This document shows positions 1 to 7,873 of a stretch of DNA of 64,000 nt, piece by piece (the stretch's first letter is position 1; each line of letters begins with the position of its first letter). The DNA is from Oligoflexia bacterium (lineage in GTDB: Bacteria > Bdellovibrionota > UBA1018). Below the pieces are notes generated by a model that was not told where the DNA came from, made no database searches, and saw nothing but the letters and a program-made list of their open reading frames with translations. The position numbers and the translations under genes are program-made. The DNA lies in contig CAIZRG010000029.1 in NCBI GenBank assembly GCA_903935335.1, forward strand, positions 5,406 to 69,405, read 5' to 3'.

Positions 1-103
<103 letters not shown>

Positions 104-397
104 TAATTTTTTAACCTAAAAGCTTCTCTCTTATCCAGTTACCCAGATCTTTTAATCCACTTCTAGTTGCTATCAAACTTGTTTGCTCCTCTGACTCAAT
201 CACTTCTTCAAAGTTATTGATTCGAGGTTTTCGACATCACTCCCTCTCCAATCCCTTAAATTCGCTTCTTACACAAATCTAGTAGACCTTCGAGAAAGCT
301 GCCTGCCTACTTACCCCCACTTTCTCTTTCAATTGATTCATCTCAGTTTTCAAAGAACAACCGCTTTCATTCTTAAAATTTAGCAGTGAGGTCCGTG

Positions 398-426
398 TTA
401 ATATCTAAGTCGTGCGATAGGTGCAA
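398..426 (-). promoter_or_regulatory. Candidate sigma-70 rRNA promoter (-35 TTGCAC / 17-bp spacer / -10 TATTAA) with an A/T-rich UP-like tract at 427..455
   Basis: Reverse complement of 398..426 gives TTGCAC-N17-TATTAA ~290 nt upstream of the mature 16S 5' end; a long A/T run lies immediately upstream. Typical rrn P1 architecture; not experimentally verifiable here. Confidence 0.4.
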
Positions 427-496
427 TAGTTTTTTTTAAAAAAATTGTTTTTTTCTCGATTTTCACATCCAACCTCTGAAATATCTTAATCAGTAG

Positions 497-1471
497 TCAA
501 CTTAAACCTAGGCCATAAGCCCTCACTCTTCGAAGAAAAGTCGTCTTATTAAGCCCAATTTGCCTTGCTGTCCGGCTGATTCTTCCATGATTCAAACGAA
601 GTGCTCGACTAAAATACTCCTTTTGAAACCGTTCCAAAGTTTCTTGGAAATCAAACGAAAGAGGCAGTTCAACCACACCTAAGCCTTCAGGTAAAATCTG
701 AGACGCAGGGCCCAATAGCCGTTCATTTTTAGACTCAGGCTCCAAAAACCAAATGGGCAGATCATCAAAAGTAATCACTCCGTTTGAACTGGATAAAACG
801 GCACACTCTAAAACATTTTTGAGTTCTCGAATATTTCCAGGCCAATCATACATCTCCAGTGCATCTGCCACTTCTTCAGAAATTCGTAGAATAGGTCGCC
901 CCAATTGAGCCGATACATCCGTTAAACAAGTATGAACCAAAGCATCAAACTCATCTGATCTTTCCTTGATTGATTTTAAAGCAATAGAAATCACTCGAAG
1001 TCTAAAAAACAAATCTTCTCTGAACTCTCCTAATGACACGGCTTTCTGAAGATTTCGATGGGTTGCTGCAATCACACGAGCATCCACTCCAATCTCTCGA
1101 TTACTTCCTAAAGGTGTCATTCGTCGGGACTGAAAAAATTCAAGAAGCCGGGCCTGCATCCTCAGTGAAAGCTCCCCCACTTCATCTAAAAACAAAGTCC
1201 CTCCATGAGCCATTTCTAAACGACCTGACCTTTTTTTCTCAGCCCCCGTAAAAGCACCCCGCTCATGCCCAAATAACTCTGACTCAAGAGTGCCTTCATG
1301 AAGCGTCGCTAAATTCACCACAACAAAGGGTCCATCCCGGCGCTTGCCTTCTTCATGGATCTGTCTTGCTAACGATGATTTTCCTGTTCCTGTTTGACCT
1401 GTAATCAAAACATGACTGTTACTCTCAATAGCAATACTCAGTTGTTTTAAAAAAATCTGGGAATGATTCAT
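497..1471 (-). CDS. Sigma-54-dependent transcriptional activator (AAA+ sigma-54 interaction domain + C-terminal Fis-type HTH), no N-terminal receiver/sensory domain
   Basis: Walker A GQTGTGKS, GAFTGA motif (GHERGAFTGA), Walker B LFLDEVGEL, C-terminal HTH (ISRTARQIGLNKTTFLRRV). Only 324 aa and starts directly in the AAA+ core (PspF-like minimal architecture). Confidence 0.85.
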   Translation of the reverse strand: MNHSQIFLKQLSIAIESNSHVLITGQTGTGKSSLARQIHEEGKRRDGPFVVVNLATLHEGTLESELFGHERGAFTGAEKKRSGRLEMAHGGTLFLDEVGELSLRMQARLLEFFQSRRMTPLGSNREIGVDARVIAATHRNLQKAVSLGEFREDLFFRLRVISIALKSIKERSDEFDALVHTCLTDVSAQLGRPILRISEEVADALEMYDWPGNIRELKNVLECAVLSSSNGVITFDDLPIWFLEPESKNERLLGPASQILPEGLGVVELPLSFDFQETLERFQKEYFSRALRLNHGRISRTARQIGLNKTTFLRRVRAYGLGLS

Positions 1472-1570
1472 AGGTGTTCCTCGCTAGTAAAAATAATTCA
1501 ACTAAGCAAATTTCAAGCCACCCTTTCATGTGCTCAAGACCCAACCATAAATGGAGTTATTTTTTGAAAA

Positions 1571-1622
1571 ATTGTTTGGATTTTCATACAAAAAAAGAAC
1601 TTTGTATGAAAATCCAAACAAT
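1571..1622. repeat. Perfect 22-bp inverted repeat with 8-nt spacer (ATTGTTTGGATTTTCATACAAA-aaaagaac-TTTGTATGAAAATCCAAACAAT) in the divergent intergenic region between the two sigma-54 EBP genes
   Basis: Read directly: 1571..1592 is the exact reverse complement of 1601..1622. Confidence 0.9.
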
Positions 1623-1776
1623 GGAATAAACTAAATCGAGAGAGTATTATTCTAAAAAAGTTTAGAATTTTTAATAAATAAACCATTAAAAAAGTAAAAT
1701 ATTTCTAGCGCATTAAAAATAAAAATACTATTCAAGAAATGAATCATTTATTCTTTTTAAGGTTTGATCAAAAAAT

Positions 1777-3213
1777 ATGCTAGAAAATATAAAAATTCTT
1801 CTTTGCGATGATGACCCCCTCTTTCAAATCCACCTCAAAAAAACATTGGCAGAAAAAATGAAAAATCAGTACGATTTTTTAACTGCTAATGACTCTGAAG
1901 AAGCCCTCTCTCTTTTCCAATATCACAGCTTCGATCTTCTTTTACTGGATATTAACCTCAGAGAGCCTCGTGAAGGTCTTCGAGCTATCCCTCGATTCTT
2001 AGAAATCGATCGCGATCTAGTCATTGTGATCAATTCCATCATGAGTGACTTCCAAGTCGTGCGAGAAGCTCTGCGTTTGGGAGCAGTGGATTACATCGTC
2101 AAGGACATTGATTCAGAAGACTTGCTTCACACCTTCACTCAAGCTCTTTCAAAAAGAAAACATTTAAAACACCATCAACAGCTGCACCTTAAAGCTCAAT
2201 CAACTCATACAAATAACATTCTCCTAGGGGAGAGCCCTCCCATTAAAAAACTTCATCAAATGATCCATAAAGTGAAAAACAGTAGAGCTAACGTCATCAT
2301 CACAGGAGAAACAGGAACTGGAAAAGAGTTAGTCGCCAAACAGCTCAGACGAATTCTTCCTAATGACTTACTAGAACCTTTCATTGCAATCAATTCTTCC
2401 ACAATTCAGGACTCCATGGCTGAAAGCATTTTGTTTGGTCATGAGCGAGGTGCTTTTACTGGCGCAGATCGAACAGTCAAAGGAATCTTTGAGCAAGCCC
2501 ATGGAGGCACTCTTTATTTTGATGAAATATCTACAATGCCTATTGGAATTCAATCAAAACTTCTCAGAGTCATCCAAGAAAAAGAAATCACTCGATTAGG
2601 ATCTTCAAAAGTCATTCCGATTGATTTTCGATTGATTTGTGCGACCAATAAAAACCTGGAAAAAATGTCACAGCAAAATACATTTAAAGACGATCTCCTC
2701 CATCGAATCAATGTCATTTCTTTAGAAACCCCCCCTCTCAGAGATCGCATAGATGACCTTCCCCTCTTAATCGAACATTTCATTCTGAAATACTGTCCCC
2801 CCTTAAAAAAATTGATCTTTTCAGACTGTGCAATCGAAGCCCTAAAAACCTATTCATGGCCTGGCAATGTCCGAGAGCTAGGAAATCTCATCGACCAATT
2901 GATCACCTTACACGAATCGCCTGAGGTCTTTAAAAAAGACTTACCCGAACGATTCCAGCAACCCTCAAAGCAAGAGAAACACCCAGATATAAAACCCCGT
3001 AACTCTCACTATCCAACTGGATTTTACGAAAAAATTTTAGCCTTTGAACGAGAGCTTTTAAAAGAAGAGTACATGAAGCACGAGGGAAATATGAGTCAGC
3101 TTGCCTCAGCCCTTGGAATGAACCGAGCTCATCTCTATTGTAAACTAAAAGAACTCGGTATTCATTTTCCACGCAATAGCTCCTCAAAAAATAGAGAAAA
3201 GAAAGAACCCTAG
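1777..3213 (+). CDS. NtrC-family sigma-54-dependent response regulator (receiver + AAA+ + HTH)
   Basis: N-terminal receiver (LLCDDDP...LLLDINL), central AAA+ with GETGTGKE Walker A and GHERGAFTGA, C-terminal HTH. ATG at 1777. Confidence 0.85.
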   Translation: MLENIKILLCDDDPLFQIHLKKTLAEKMKNQYDFLTANDSEEALSLFQYHSFDLLLLDINLREPREGLRAIPRFLEIDRDLVIVINSIMSDFQVVREALRLGAVDYIVKDIDSEDLLHTFTQALSKRKHLKHHQQLHLKAQSTHTNNILLGESPPIKKLHQMIHKVKNSRANVIITGETGTGKELVAKQLRRILPNDLLEPFIAINSSTIQDSMAESILFGHERGAFTGADRTVKGIFEQAHGGTLYFDEISTMPIGIQSKLLRVIQEKEITRLGSSKVIPIDFRLICATNKNLEKMSQQNTFKDDLLHRINVISLETPPLRDRIDDLPLLIEHFILKYCPPLKKLIFSDCAIEALKTYSWPGNVRELGNLIDQLITLHESPEVFKKDLPERFQQPSKQEKHPDIKPRNSHYPTGFYEKILAFERELLKEEYMKHEGNMSQLASALGMNRAHLYCKLKELGIHFPRNSSSKNREKKEP

Positions 3214-3336
3214 GAAGCTCTATTTTAGGAAGCCCTACTTAAGGATGAGAAACACCTACAAAATTTACTCCCTCGTATTATTGTTTTGTTGTGAATTTTT
3301 AATTTTCTTGCGCCGAATTGGCGTTATTAGATTAAA

Positions 3337-3412
3337 TGGTGGAGCTGAGCGGAATCGAACCGCTGACCCTCTGCTTGCAAAGCAGATGCTCTACCAACTG
3401 AGCTACAGCCCC
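3337..3412 (-). tRNA. tRNA-Ala (anticodon UGC)
   Basis: Minus-strand sequence GGGGCTGTAGCTCAGTTGGTAGAGCATCTGCTTTGCAAGCAGAGGGTCAGCGGTTCGATTCCGCTCAGCTCCACCA folds as a cloverleaf. Anticodon loop is CTTTGCAAG (TGC), the G3:U70 alanine identity pair is present, and CCA is encoded. Confidence 0.93.
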
Positions 3413-3551
3413 ATAGTATGGGAAAAATTAATGAAAGAACAAAAGTACTTTTATGAGATCTTAGGCCAATTGGCAACTCAAAATTTTTACCCACCTCTAA
3501 AAGTTTAAGGTTCATCTGGATATCTATAGCCTTCATGTTAGTGTCATTTTA

Positions 3552-3842
3552 ATGATCAACCTAAATTCAGAGAATTATCTCAAAGGTTTTTTGGTCGACG
3601 AAGAACTGATGGCAGGCATTACCCCTCATCGAGAACAGCCTGGTGTTTTTATTGCTTTTGTTCTGAAACACACGACCGGGGAGTACTTGAGCTATCAGCC
3701 CTTTTCTGATTTAGAATCCGCACTCCAAACCATGAACCAAATCCAGCGCCCATGGTCCTTTGAATCACTGAGTGGCTGTGGAGGAGGAGGGTGCAACAGT
3801 CAGGGAACTTGCTCCAAAGGAAGTTCTTGTCATCAAAAATAA
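3552..3842 (+). CDS. Hypothetical small protein with Cys/Gly/Ser-rich C-terminal tail (…SGCGGGGCNSQGTCSKGSSCHQK)
   Basis: 96-aa ORF in an otherwise unassigned 300-bp gap between tRNA-Ala and ymdB. No recognisable domain; coding status uncertain. Confidence 0.3.
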   Translation: MINLNSENYLKGFLVDEELMAGITPHREQPGVFIAFVLKHTTGEYLSYQPFSDLESALQTMNQIQRPWSFESLSGCGGGGCNSQGTCSKGSSCHQK

Positions 3843-3848
3843 ACTTCA

Positions 3849-4661
3849 TCAGTGAACGTCAATTGTTGTTTCACGAAGTCGTAAGATGGATTGAGCTTGA
3901 CCATCAGACTCCCGAATATCAATGACAACGGCTCCATAACCGCCGGGTCCTTCAGCAGGTTCATAACGAACTGGGCGCTTTGTCAGAAATTTTTGAATTG
4001 AGAGCTCTTTTCTAACACCAATGACCGAATCAAAGCAGCCACACATCCCCACATCGGTAATAGCTGCAGTTCCTTGCGGTAGAATCCTTTCATCAGCAGT
4101 TTGCACATGGGAGTGACTTCCCACAACTGCACTCACTTTTCCATCCATGAAAAAAGCAAAAGCCTGCTTTTCAGAAGAAGCTTCTCCATGAAAATCAATC
4201 AAAATACACTGCAATCCTAACTCATCAAGCCTTTCAGCTTCCCTCTCAGCCGACCGAAAAGGACAATCCAAAGCATCCATAAAAACTCGCCCCATCACCT
4301 GAATCACCCCTAGTCTTAATCCATTCCTTAGCCGAGATTCTACAACGGTTACCCCTCTTCCTGGGGTTTTATAAGCGGGATGATCCGGATAATTAGCAGG
4401 CCTCAAAAGTCGGGTTGTAGTAGCCATATAAGGGATAATTTGACGCTGATCCCAAGCATGATTTCCTGTCGTAATCACATCCACACCTAAGCTGAAAAAC
4501 TCTTCTGCCATTTCAGGTAAGATTCCATTGCCATGGCAAAAATTTTCCCCATTCACAATAACAAAATCAATTTGATGAAGAGGTACCAGCTTTTTTATAG
4601 CAGCTTTCACAGCATCTCGTCCTGGTCGTCCATAGGTGTCCCCAAAGTAAAGAATTTTCAT
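3849..4661 (-). CDS. ymdB: YmdB-family metallophosphoesterase (2',3'-cyclic-nucleotide phosphodiesterase, TIGR00282-like)
   Basis: MKILYFGDTYGRPGRDAVK…VNGENFCHGNGI…TGNHAWD closely matches B. subtilis YmdB; sits immediately downstream of rny as in Firmicutes. Confidence 0.85.
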   Translation of the reverse strand: MKILYFGDTYGRPGRDAVKAAIKKLVPLHQIDFVIVNGENFCHGNGILPEMAEEFFSLGVDVITTGNHAWDQRQIIPYMATTTRLLRPANYPDHPAYKTPGRGVTVVESRLRNGLRLGVIQVMGRVFMDALDCPFRSAEREAERLDELGLQCILIDFHGEASSEKQAFAFFMDGKVSAVVGSHSHVQTADERILPQGTAAITDVGMCGCFDSVIGVRKELSIQKFLTKRPVRYEPAEGPGGYGAVVIDIRESDGQAQSILRLRETTIDVH

Positions 4662-5758
4662 CGTGAAACTACCTCTACAGCTCTTAATTCACGCAAAACA
4701 ACGACGCTCATCTGACCCGGAAATTGGACTTCAGCACCGATCTTTTCTGCAACCCGACGCGCTACTTCAGAAAGCTGCTCATCTTTGACTTGATCACTAT
4801 CCACAAATACTCGCAATTCTCTCCCTGCACGTACAGCAAAAGCAAATTGTACCCCAGGAGTTTGTTGAGCAATCAATTCCATCTGAGTGGCTCTTTCTAA
4901 TGCTGTTTGAGTCGATCCATGCCGAGCCCCTGGCCTAGCTCCTGACAGAGCGTCTGCTGCCAAAACAAGATGATCAAGCCACGAAACAGGAGCAATTTCT
5001 TCATGATGAGATGCAATCGCCTGAACAATGACTTCCTTTTCACCATACCTCTGAGCAAACTCTGCACCCGCTTGAGCATGTCCTCCATCATGAGTTTGAT
5101 CTAAACCTTTACCTAAGTCGTGAAGTAAAGCCGCCCTTCTTGCTAAAAAAACATCAAAACCAAGCTCCAAAGCAAGGTTTCCACAAAGCCAAGCTGACTC
5201 AATCGAATGATCGAGTTGATTCTGGCCAAAGCTATGGCGAAATTTTAAAGTTCCTAAAACTCTCAAAATGGCTGGATGTAAATCTTGGATTCCTAAAGAA
5301 AGAGCAGAATTTTTACCTGCTTCTCTGACTTCTTGGTCGATTCGAATCTGAGCTTCTTCGAGTGCTTCTTCAATTCTGGCCACTTGAATCCTTCCATCCT
5401 GAATCAAAGAGCTCAAAGCTAAACGAGCCACCTCTCGACGAAAAGCATCAAAACTTGAAACTAAGACCGCATCGGGTTCTTCATTTAACACTAAATCAAC
5501 CCCTGCACGCTCCTCAAAATGTCGAATGTTTCTCCCCTCTTTGCCAATAATTTTTCCTTTTATGCCTTCTTCCAACTGACTCTGAGTCAATTTGACTCTA
5601 GAGGTTGTTGCATGTGAAACAAAGCGGGTAGCTTGTCTAGAAACCGCAATCGCCAGGAGCCGTCGAGCTTGATCTTCTGTATCCAAGTAGGAGGGTTGGC
5701 CTGAAAGTGTTTCATAGCGCTTAAAAAAAGTCATACCTTCATCCTCTGATCCATCCAA
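4658..5758 (-). CDS. rny: Ribonuclease Y catalytic core (KH + HD domains), lacking the canonical N-terminal transmembrane/coiled-coil region
   Basis: KH motif GKIIGKEGRNIRHFEERAGVDLVL, HD motif LLHDLGKG, and end-to-end similarity to B. subtilis RNase Y residues ~190-520. The ORF-track start codon is a TTG (plus 5756..5758 = caa); the frame is closed upstream and overlaps the ygfA 3' end. Confidence 0.85.
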   Translation of the reverse strand: MDGSEDEGMTFFKRYETLSGQPSYLDTEDQARRLLAIAVSRQATRFVSHATTSRVKLTQSQLEEGIKGKIIGKEGRNIRHFEERAGVDLVLNEEPDAVLVSSFDAFRREVARLALSSLIQDGRIQVARIEEALEEAQIRIDQEVREAGKNSALSLGIQDLHPAILRVLGTLKFRHSFGQNQLDHSIESAWLCGNLALELGFDVFLARRAALLHDLGKGLDQTHDGGHAQAGAEFAQRYGEKEVIVQAIASHHEEIAPVSWLDHLVLAADALSGARPGARHGSTQTALERATQMELIAQQTPGVQFAFAVRAGRELRVFVDSDQVKDEQLSEVARRVAEKIGAEVQFPGQMSVVVLRELRAVEVVSR

Positions 5759-6360
5759 GCCTCTAAAAATGAGGTTCTATATTCACAGGTTTCAGTCACC
5801 ACCCAGTGAACACATTGATCCATTTGGGTCTGAGGTAAAGCAGAAAAAACTTGAAAATCAAAAGCAAGCGCAACCCGAAGAGCTTGAGGGGCTAAGACTA
5901 AAAATCGATCATAGTATCCTGAACCTCTCCCTATTCTTTCGCCCTTCTCACCAAAGGCTACCCCAGGAACAAAAATAAGATCTAAATCTTGAGGACGAAT
6001 TGCTTTTCGATCTGTATCTGGCTCACAAATGCCATAGGATCCTAACTTCCATCCTCTCTCACGAGGAAGCTCTACAAATTCCATGGATTTAGATTTGTGA
6101 TCGATTACTCTTGGATAATATAAACAAGACCCATGAGCTTCAAAAAAATCCCCTATCCAGCCCATATCTAATTCCCCTGAAAAAGCAGAATAGAGCCCTA
6201 CTTTAAACTTTTTTAATTGATGCTCTTTCCAGCTCCAACTCTGTAAACAACGCAAAGAAATTGCACGACTCAACTTAAACGTTTGATCTGAAGAAATCTC
6301 TTTCCTCTGAACTAAACAGGCTTTTCGGATTTCAGTAACAATGACCTGACCAGTTTGCAT
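5731..6360 (-). CDS. ygfA: 5-formyltetrahydrofolate cyclo-ligase
   Basis: C-terminal GRGSGYYDRFL motif and overall size typical of the 5-FCL family. Confidence 0.8.
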   Translation of the reverse strand: MQTGQVIVTEIRKACLVQRKEISSDQTFKLSRAISLRCLQSWSWKEHQLKKFKVGLYSAFSGELDMGWIGDFFEAHGSCLYYPRVIDHKSKSMEFVELPRERGWKLGSYGICEPDTDRKAIRPQDLDLIFVPGVAFGEKGERIGRGSGYYDRFLVLAPQALRVALAFDFQVFSALPQTQMDQCVHWVVTETCEYRTSFLEAWMDQRMKV

Positions 6361-6605
6361 GAAAAACGAATTTTAGCATAAAAAGACCTAAATAGGGAGG
6401 TTTTTCAGTCTATGACTGTATGTAGAGTTTTAAAGCAAATCACGGCGCAAGGACTGAACGAGCTTTGGATCTTTCAAAGCCAACCGTCTGAGAAGAGACT
6501 CCCTAAATTTTGGATCAGCAATTTTAAGCATATCCAGAATTTGCTGAAAACCGTTCATGGGAATGAGTTGTGAATCCCTTTGATCTTGTTTTTCCGTAGA
6601 TAGAT

Positions 6606-7061
6606 TCATGATCGTTCCTTCTCTCTTTGTCCTGTTTTCCTAGCTTTCTCATGAAGTTCCTGAATGGATCGTTGGAGCTGTTTTTGAGTTGATTCGAACT
6701 GAGCTTCTGCATTCTTTTTATACTCTTCTATTCTCTTTTGATGGGTGAACTTAAGCTTGGCAAGCTCCTCTTCTTCTGCTTGCTTTTCTATACTAAGGTT
6801 TTTCTGATGCTGACTTCGAACTTGACGTAACTGTTCCTCAAGAGTAGTAGCCTCTTCTGAGATTTTTACATCAAACCCCTTTTTTAATGCTTCAACCTGC
6901 TGAACCTGAGATTTCGATAGTTCTTGAAGTTCATCAGCATGTTGAGCTTGCATCTCCTGAATCTCGAGGTCATTTCTCCTCTGAATTTGCTCACGGTAGC
7001 CCTGAAGTCTTGCTTCATCCGATGAAACAGCTGCAAAAGTGGAAGATGTTGTTGAGGTCAT
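6606..7061 (-). CDS. Hypothetical coiled-coil protein (151 aa, E/Q/K-rich, no TM segment)
   Basis: Heptad-rich sequence throughout with no enzymatic motifs. The position upstream of a ~245-nt gap and ygfA mirrors zapA-ssrS-ygfA synteny. Confidence 0.5.
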   Translation of the reverse strand: MTSTTSSTFAAVSSDEARLQGYREQIQRRNDLEIQEMQAQHADELQELSKSQVQQVEALKKGFDVKISEEATTLEEQLRQVRSQHQKNLSIEKQAEEEELAKLKFTHQKRIEEYKKNAEAQFESTQKQLQRSIQELHEKARKTGQREKERS

Positions 7062-7230
7062 ACTCTATTTTCTCTCCTTTTTATTATCACCCCATCAAGA
7101 CGGACTTGAAAACAGGCAGTATTTGCCGTAATCATCCAGAATCCTCTGCCGAACCCTCTTCATTTCATTTGCCTTTTGTTCAAGCACAAAATATCAATGA
7201 AGAGTCTAATATTTAAAAAGTAGGACTAAT

Positions 7231-7857
7231 ATGATCAAGAACTTTCTCCCCAAGGAAGAAAAATTTTTTCAACTATTTAACCAAGCAGCTGCCCATTTGG
7301 TTCAAGCTGCTCAAGCCCTCAATGAATGTTTAAAAAACCCTTCTGTTATTGAACAAAAGGTCCCTCAGATCAGGGAAATTGAATGGGCTGCTGACGAGAT
7401 TACGCACACAACCCTAGAACTTCTTCACAACACCTTTATTACCCCTTTTGATCGGCATCATATTTATGACTTAATTCAAGGATTGGACGATATTACTGAC
7501 CTTATTCACGCAACCTCTGAACGACTCATTCTTTACCATATTGAAAAAATTCCACCTATTACAGTTCGTTTAGGTGAAAAAGCTGAAGAAGCAGTTCTCC
7601 AGGTACAAAAAGCTGTTGGAGGTTTGAATCACCTTAAAAAGTCTGATCCAATTCGAATGACTTGCTCAGAAATTCACCGCTTAGAAAATGAAAGCGATGT
7701 CCTATTTCGGGAGTCTATTGCAGGCCTATTCCGAGAGGAAACTAATATGAAAATCTTAATTAGCCTTAAGGACATTAACGAGATTTTAGAAACAATTTCA
7801 GATCGCTGCGAACATATGGCAAGTCTTATTGAATCCATTCTTTTAGAGTACGCCTAA
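7231..7857 (+). CDS. PhoU-like / DUF47 (YkaA) family phosphate-transport accessory protein
   Basis: 208-aa helical protein of the DUF47 type immediately upstream of a PiT-family transporter (classic pairing). Confidence 0.7.
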   Translation: MIKNFLPKEEKFFQLFNQAAAHLVQAAQALNECLKNPSVIEQKVPQIREIEWAADEITHTTLELLHNTFITPFDRHHIYDLIQGLDDITDLIHATSERLILYHIEKIPPITVRLGEKAEEAVLQVQKAVGGLNHLKKSDPIRMTCSEIHRLENESDVLFRESIAGLFREETNMKILISLKDINEILETISDRCEHMASLIESILLEYA

Positions 7858-7873
7858 AAAGAAAGCCTAATCT

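Noticed and set aside
1571-1622. Possibility that the 22-bp inverted repeat marks a MITE or IS terminal repeat
   Set aside because: The arms are separated by only 8 nt, so this is a hairpin or palindrome rather than two ends of an element. There are no flanking direct repeats and no transposase; a local operator or structure is more plausible.
1033-2783. Small ORFs nested in or antisense to the two sigma-54 activator genes (1033..1251, 2371..2553, 2384..2599, 2550..2783)
   Set aside because: Fully contained within well-supported AAA+ regulator genes, with no independent motifs; chance ORFs.
3245-3536. ORFs 3245..3508 (+) and 3327..3536 (-) from the six-frame track
   Set aside because: They are laid directly over the tRNA-Ala gene (3337..3412); their 'protein' text is the tRNA read in frame. 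Not coding.
3213-3900. Integrated element at the tRNA-Ala gene
   Set aside because: No integrase, excisionase or phage genes are adjacent and no duplicated tRNA 3' end (attL/attR-like repeat) is seen nearby. Flanking genes are housekeeping (ymdB, rny).
6524-6712. 62-aa ORF 6524..6712 (-) spanning the end of the coiled-coil gene into the ygfA-upstream gap
   Set aside because: Different frame overlapping a better-supported gene and the putative non-coding (6S-like) gap; basic low-complexity translation.
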